A stretch of 64,000 nt of DNA. It comes from Candidatus Rokuibacteriota bacterium. Lineage in GTDB: Bacteria; Methylomirabilota; Methylomirabilia; Rokubacteriales; CSP1-6. How positions within the stretch are numbered: position 1 is the stretch's first letter; every line of letters starts with the position of its first letter. The notes beneath the pieces were generated by a model. That model was not told the origin of the DNA. It was given only the letters and a program-made list of their open reading frames with translations, and made no database searches. The translations under genes were made by a program, and so were the position numbers. Location of the stretch: NCBI GenBank assembly GCA_003220685.1, contig QHTE01000068.1:230-64229 (forward strand), written 5' to 3'. Shown here piece after piece: positions 62,068 to 64,000 of the stretch.

Positions 62068-63339
62068 TCACGTCTTCTCGAAGTCGATCCGCTCGGCGAC
62101 CGGCAACCCCTGGAGGTAGCGGCGCAGGCAGTCGAGCCCCATCTCGGTCGCGCCCAGGCGTACCCACTCGCGGCCGCCGAGGATCCGGCTGCGCCGCGAC
62201 TCGGCGCCGTCGGCGGTCGCGATCGCTAGACAGATGGTGCCACCGAAGTCGATCCGGTCGGGGCCGTCGTCGAGCGCGATCAGCACCGCCAGCGCGTGGC
62301 TCGCGCCGGTCCGCCGGCGCGCGGCCTGCGCCACCGCCTCGGCCGTCTCGCGCGTGAGCTCGCCCTCGGGCGGATCTCCGTCGAGGCCGACCGCGGCGAA
62401 GATCTCGCCGAGGTCCCGCGCCACCACGCCGCGGCGGAAGACCTTCTCCGCGCCGGGCTGGTGCGCGAAGCGCGCGGCGATCTGCCCACTCGTGAACGTC
62501 TCGACGACGGCGAGCGAGCCCTGCCGCGCCGTCAGCGCCGAGAGGATGACCCCCTCCAGCGTCTGCTCGTCCTCGGCCATGATGAAGTTGCCGAGCCGCT
62601 TGCGCACCTCGCGCTCGACGGGCGCGAGCTTGACCCGGACGTCGTCCATGTCCCGGCCGCGAACGGTCAGCTTGGTCTCGAGTTGCGGGTAGTGAGCGCG
62701 GAAGCCGAGCTTCACGCTGCCGTCGGGCACGAGCTTGTCCACGTCGGTGAGCAGCGCGTCCACGTGGGATTCGCCGAGGCCGTAGGAGTGGAACCGCTTG
62801 AGGTGGATGGCCGTCTGCAGGCCGCTCTTGGCCAGCAGGCGCGGAATGATCTGCTCCTCGAGCATGCGCTTGAGCTCGCGCGGCACCCCGGGAGTGAAGA
62901 AGAAGCGCGCCCGGCCGATGTCGAGCGCGAAGCCGCAGGCGGTGCCGATCGGGTTGTCGATGACCTCGGCGGTCGTCGGCAGCATCGCCTGCTTCTTGTT
63001 GTTGGGCGGCATGACGCGGCTGCGGCGCCGGAAGAACTCCTCCATCGTCCGGAGCCACTCCTCGTTGAGGGCGAGCCCGACTCCCGCGGCCTGCGCCGCG
63101 ATCTCCTGGGAGAGATCGTCGATCGTGGGGCCGAGGCCGCCGTTGACGATGACCGCGTCGGCACGCTGGCCGGCCAGCCTGAACGCCAGCAGCAGATTCT
63201 CGCGATCGTCGCCGACCGTCGTCTCCCACTGGACCGCGAGGCCGACGTCCTCGAGCTTCTGCGTGATGTAGCTGAAGTTGGTGTTGACGATCTTGCCGGT
63301 GAGCACCTCGTCGCCGGTGCAGATGACCTCGATGCGCAT
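62068..63339 (-). CDS. cinA: CinA family protein (MoCF-binding domain plus NMN deamidase-type C-terminal domain)
   Basis: The blocks MRIEVICTGDEVLTGKIVNTNFSYI..VNGGLGPTIDDL..IDNPIGTACGF.. and the C-terminal ..ETFTSGQIAARF.. are present. Confidence 0.88.
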   Translation of the reverse strand: MRIEVICTGDEVLTGKIVNTNFSYITQKLEDVGLAVQWETTVGDDRENLLLAFRLAGQRADAVIVNGGLGPTIDDLSQEIAAQAAGVGLALNEEWLRTMEEFFRRRSRVMPPNNKKQAMLPTTAEVIDNPIGTACGFALDIGRARFFFTPGVPRELKRMLEEQIIPRLLAKSGLQTAIHLKRFHSYGLGESHVDALLTDVDKLVPDGSVKLGFRAHYPQLETKLTVRGRDMDDVRVKLAPVEREVRKRLGNFIMAEDEQTLEGVILSALTARQGSLAVVETFTSGQIAARFAHQPGAEKVFRRGVVARDLGEIFAAVGLDGDPPEGELTRETAEAVAQAARRRTGASHALAVLIALDDGPDRIDFGGTICLAIATADGAESRRSRILGGREWVRLGATEMGLDCLRRYLQGLPVAERIDFEKT

Positions 63340-63351
63340 GGGCGAGTCGTC

Positions 63352-64000
63352 CTAGTGGAGGACCTTCAGCAGTGCGTCGACCACCGCCTGGGGCTCCTCG
63401 CGCGGCATGAAATGACCGACGCCGGGTACGACGCGCCGCTCGGTTCCCGCCGGAAATCGTGAGAGCTCGGCCTCGGAGCGCCGGGCCGAGCTCACCGTGT
63501 CGTCGCCGCCGTGCAGGATCACGGTGGGCACGGTGATCGCCGGGCTCTCGGCGAGGCGCCGCTCGATCGCGTCCAGGCGCCCATCGCCTGGCGCGTTGCC
63601 GTGACGGTGGCGGTAGGAGTGGATCACCACCGCCACGAAGTCGGGATTGTCGAACGAAAGCGCCGTGCGATCGAACGTCGCCTGATCGAAGCGCCAGGTC
63701 GGCGACCATTCTTCCCAGAGCAGGCGGCAGATGTCGCGGCGGTTCTGCTCGAGACCGCGCCGCCCGCGCTCGGTGTTGAAGTACCACTGGTACCAGTACG
63801 CGCGCTCGGCCCGGGCCGGGGCGGGCGCCGTTGGCGTCACCGTATTCTGGACGTTGTAACCGCCGATCGTGACCAGCGCGCGCACGCGCTCGGGCGCCAG
63901 GATCGCCGCGATGCACGCGGCGCGACCGCCCCAGTCGTAGCCGGCCAGCGCTGCCGGCGCGAGGCCGAGCGCGGCCATGAACTCGAGCAGGTCTTGACCG
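63352..64000 (-). CDS. Alpha/beta hydrolase (epoxide hydrolase/haloalkane dehalogenase-like), C-terminal part; the 5' end is outside the window
   Basis: The blocks ..LAGYDWGGRAA.. (nucleophile elbow) and ..GVGHFMPREEP.. are present. The frame stays open to the window end. Confidence 0.8.
   Translation of the reverse strand, partial: GQDLLEFMAALGLAPAALAGYDWGGRAACIAAILAPERVRALVTIGGYNVQNTVTPTAPAPARAERAYWYQWYFNTERGRRGLEQNRRDICRLLWEEWSPTWRFDQATFDRTALSFDNPDFVAVVIHSYRHRHGNAPGDGRLDAIERRLAESPAITVPTVILHGGDDTVSSARRSEAELSRFPAGTERRVVPGVGHFMPREEPQAVVDALLKVLH

Noticed and set aside
5496-63916. Many long overlapping or antisense ORFs in the track: 5496..6605, 11273..12694, 14094..15587, 18031..19809, 21220..22479, 22253..24115, 24471..25670, 27491..28999, 31032..32429, 31993..33408, 33670..34683, 35479..36549, 40731..41810, 56430..58667, 56524..58230, 62045..63916 and 62296..63462
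   Set aside because: All lie opposite or out of frame to genes with clear family motifs. They have R/A/G/P-dominated low-information sequences and are the expected stop-poor shadow frames of a very GC-rich genome.
1-64000. Search for mobile elements, prophage, defence systems, tRNA or rRNA genes, and a grdA-like CxxU ORF
   Set aside because: No transposase, integrase, phage, restriction-modification (other than a lone Uma2-family gene), cas or toxin-antitoxin signatures are recognisable in any frame. Intergenic regions are too short for tRNA or rRNA and do not look like them. No small ORF has a selenoprotein A-like motif.

Overview
This is a high-GC bacterial chromosomal segment. Codon position 3 is almost always G or C, so many long antisense or shadow ORFs in the track are artefacts. 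I support about 60 protein genes. Most are accessory catabolism: pcaH-pcaG-pcaB protocatechuate genes, ACMSD/LigW-type amidohydrolases, SDRs, PuuE-type deacetylases, enolase-superfamily enzymes, CaiB-type CoA-transferases, LLM/F420-type oxidoreductases, amidases and family-5 solute-binding proteins. Housekeeping genes are aroC, leuCD, a 1-Cys peroxiredoxin and cinA, plus an ECF-like sigma factor with a YciI partner. An outer-membrane beta-barrel and Tat/Sec signal peptides point to a diderm. The gene content resembles uncultivated soil lineages, but that is only a guess. I saw no rRNA, tRNA, CRISPR array, transposase, integrase or phage genes. Five observations stand out. (1) A GrdB-type selenoprotein gene is split by the ORF track at an in-frame UGA (4450-4452). 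The UGA is followed by a SECIS-like hairpin, and the gene is paired with a grdE-like gene but no grdA/C/D. (2) A roughly 50-bp GC-rich palindromic REP-like repeat occurs at six loci (seven copies). One locus is a tandem pair, and one copy is fused to the 3' end of a gene. (3) Gene remnants are unusually dense. They include a 5'-truncated amidase with an inverted internal segment of about 128 bp flanked by short inverted repeats. There is also a pcaH lacking the segment that carries the two His iron ligands, an alcohol dehydrogenase missing its central domain, back-to-back truncated fragments, and homopolymer-type frameshifts. This could be real genome decay or assembly/sequencing error. (4) At least seven genes have a TAnnnT -10-like hexamer 6-7 nt upstream of the start codon and no Shine-Dalgarno, which suggests leaderless mRNAs. 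(5) Two internally duplicated proteins have unknown function, one of them carrying a PHYHY motif in each half.
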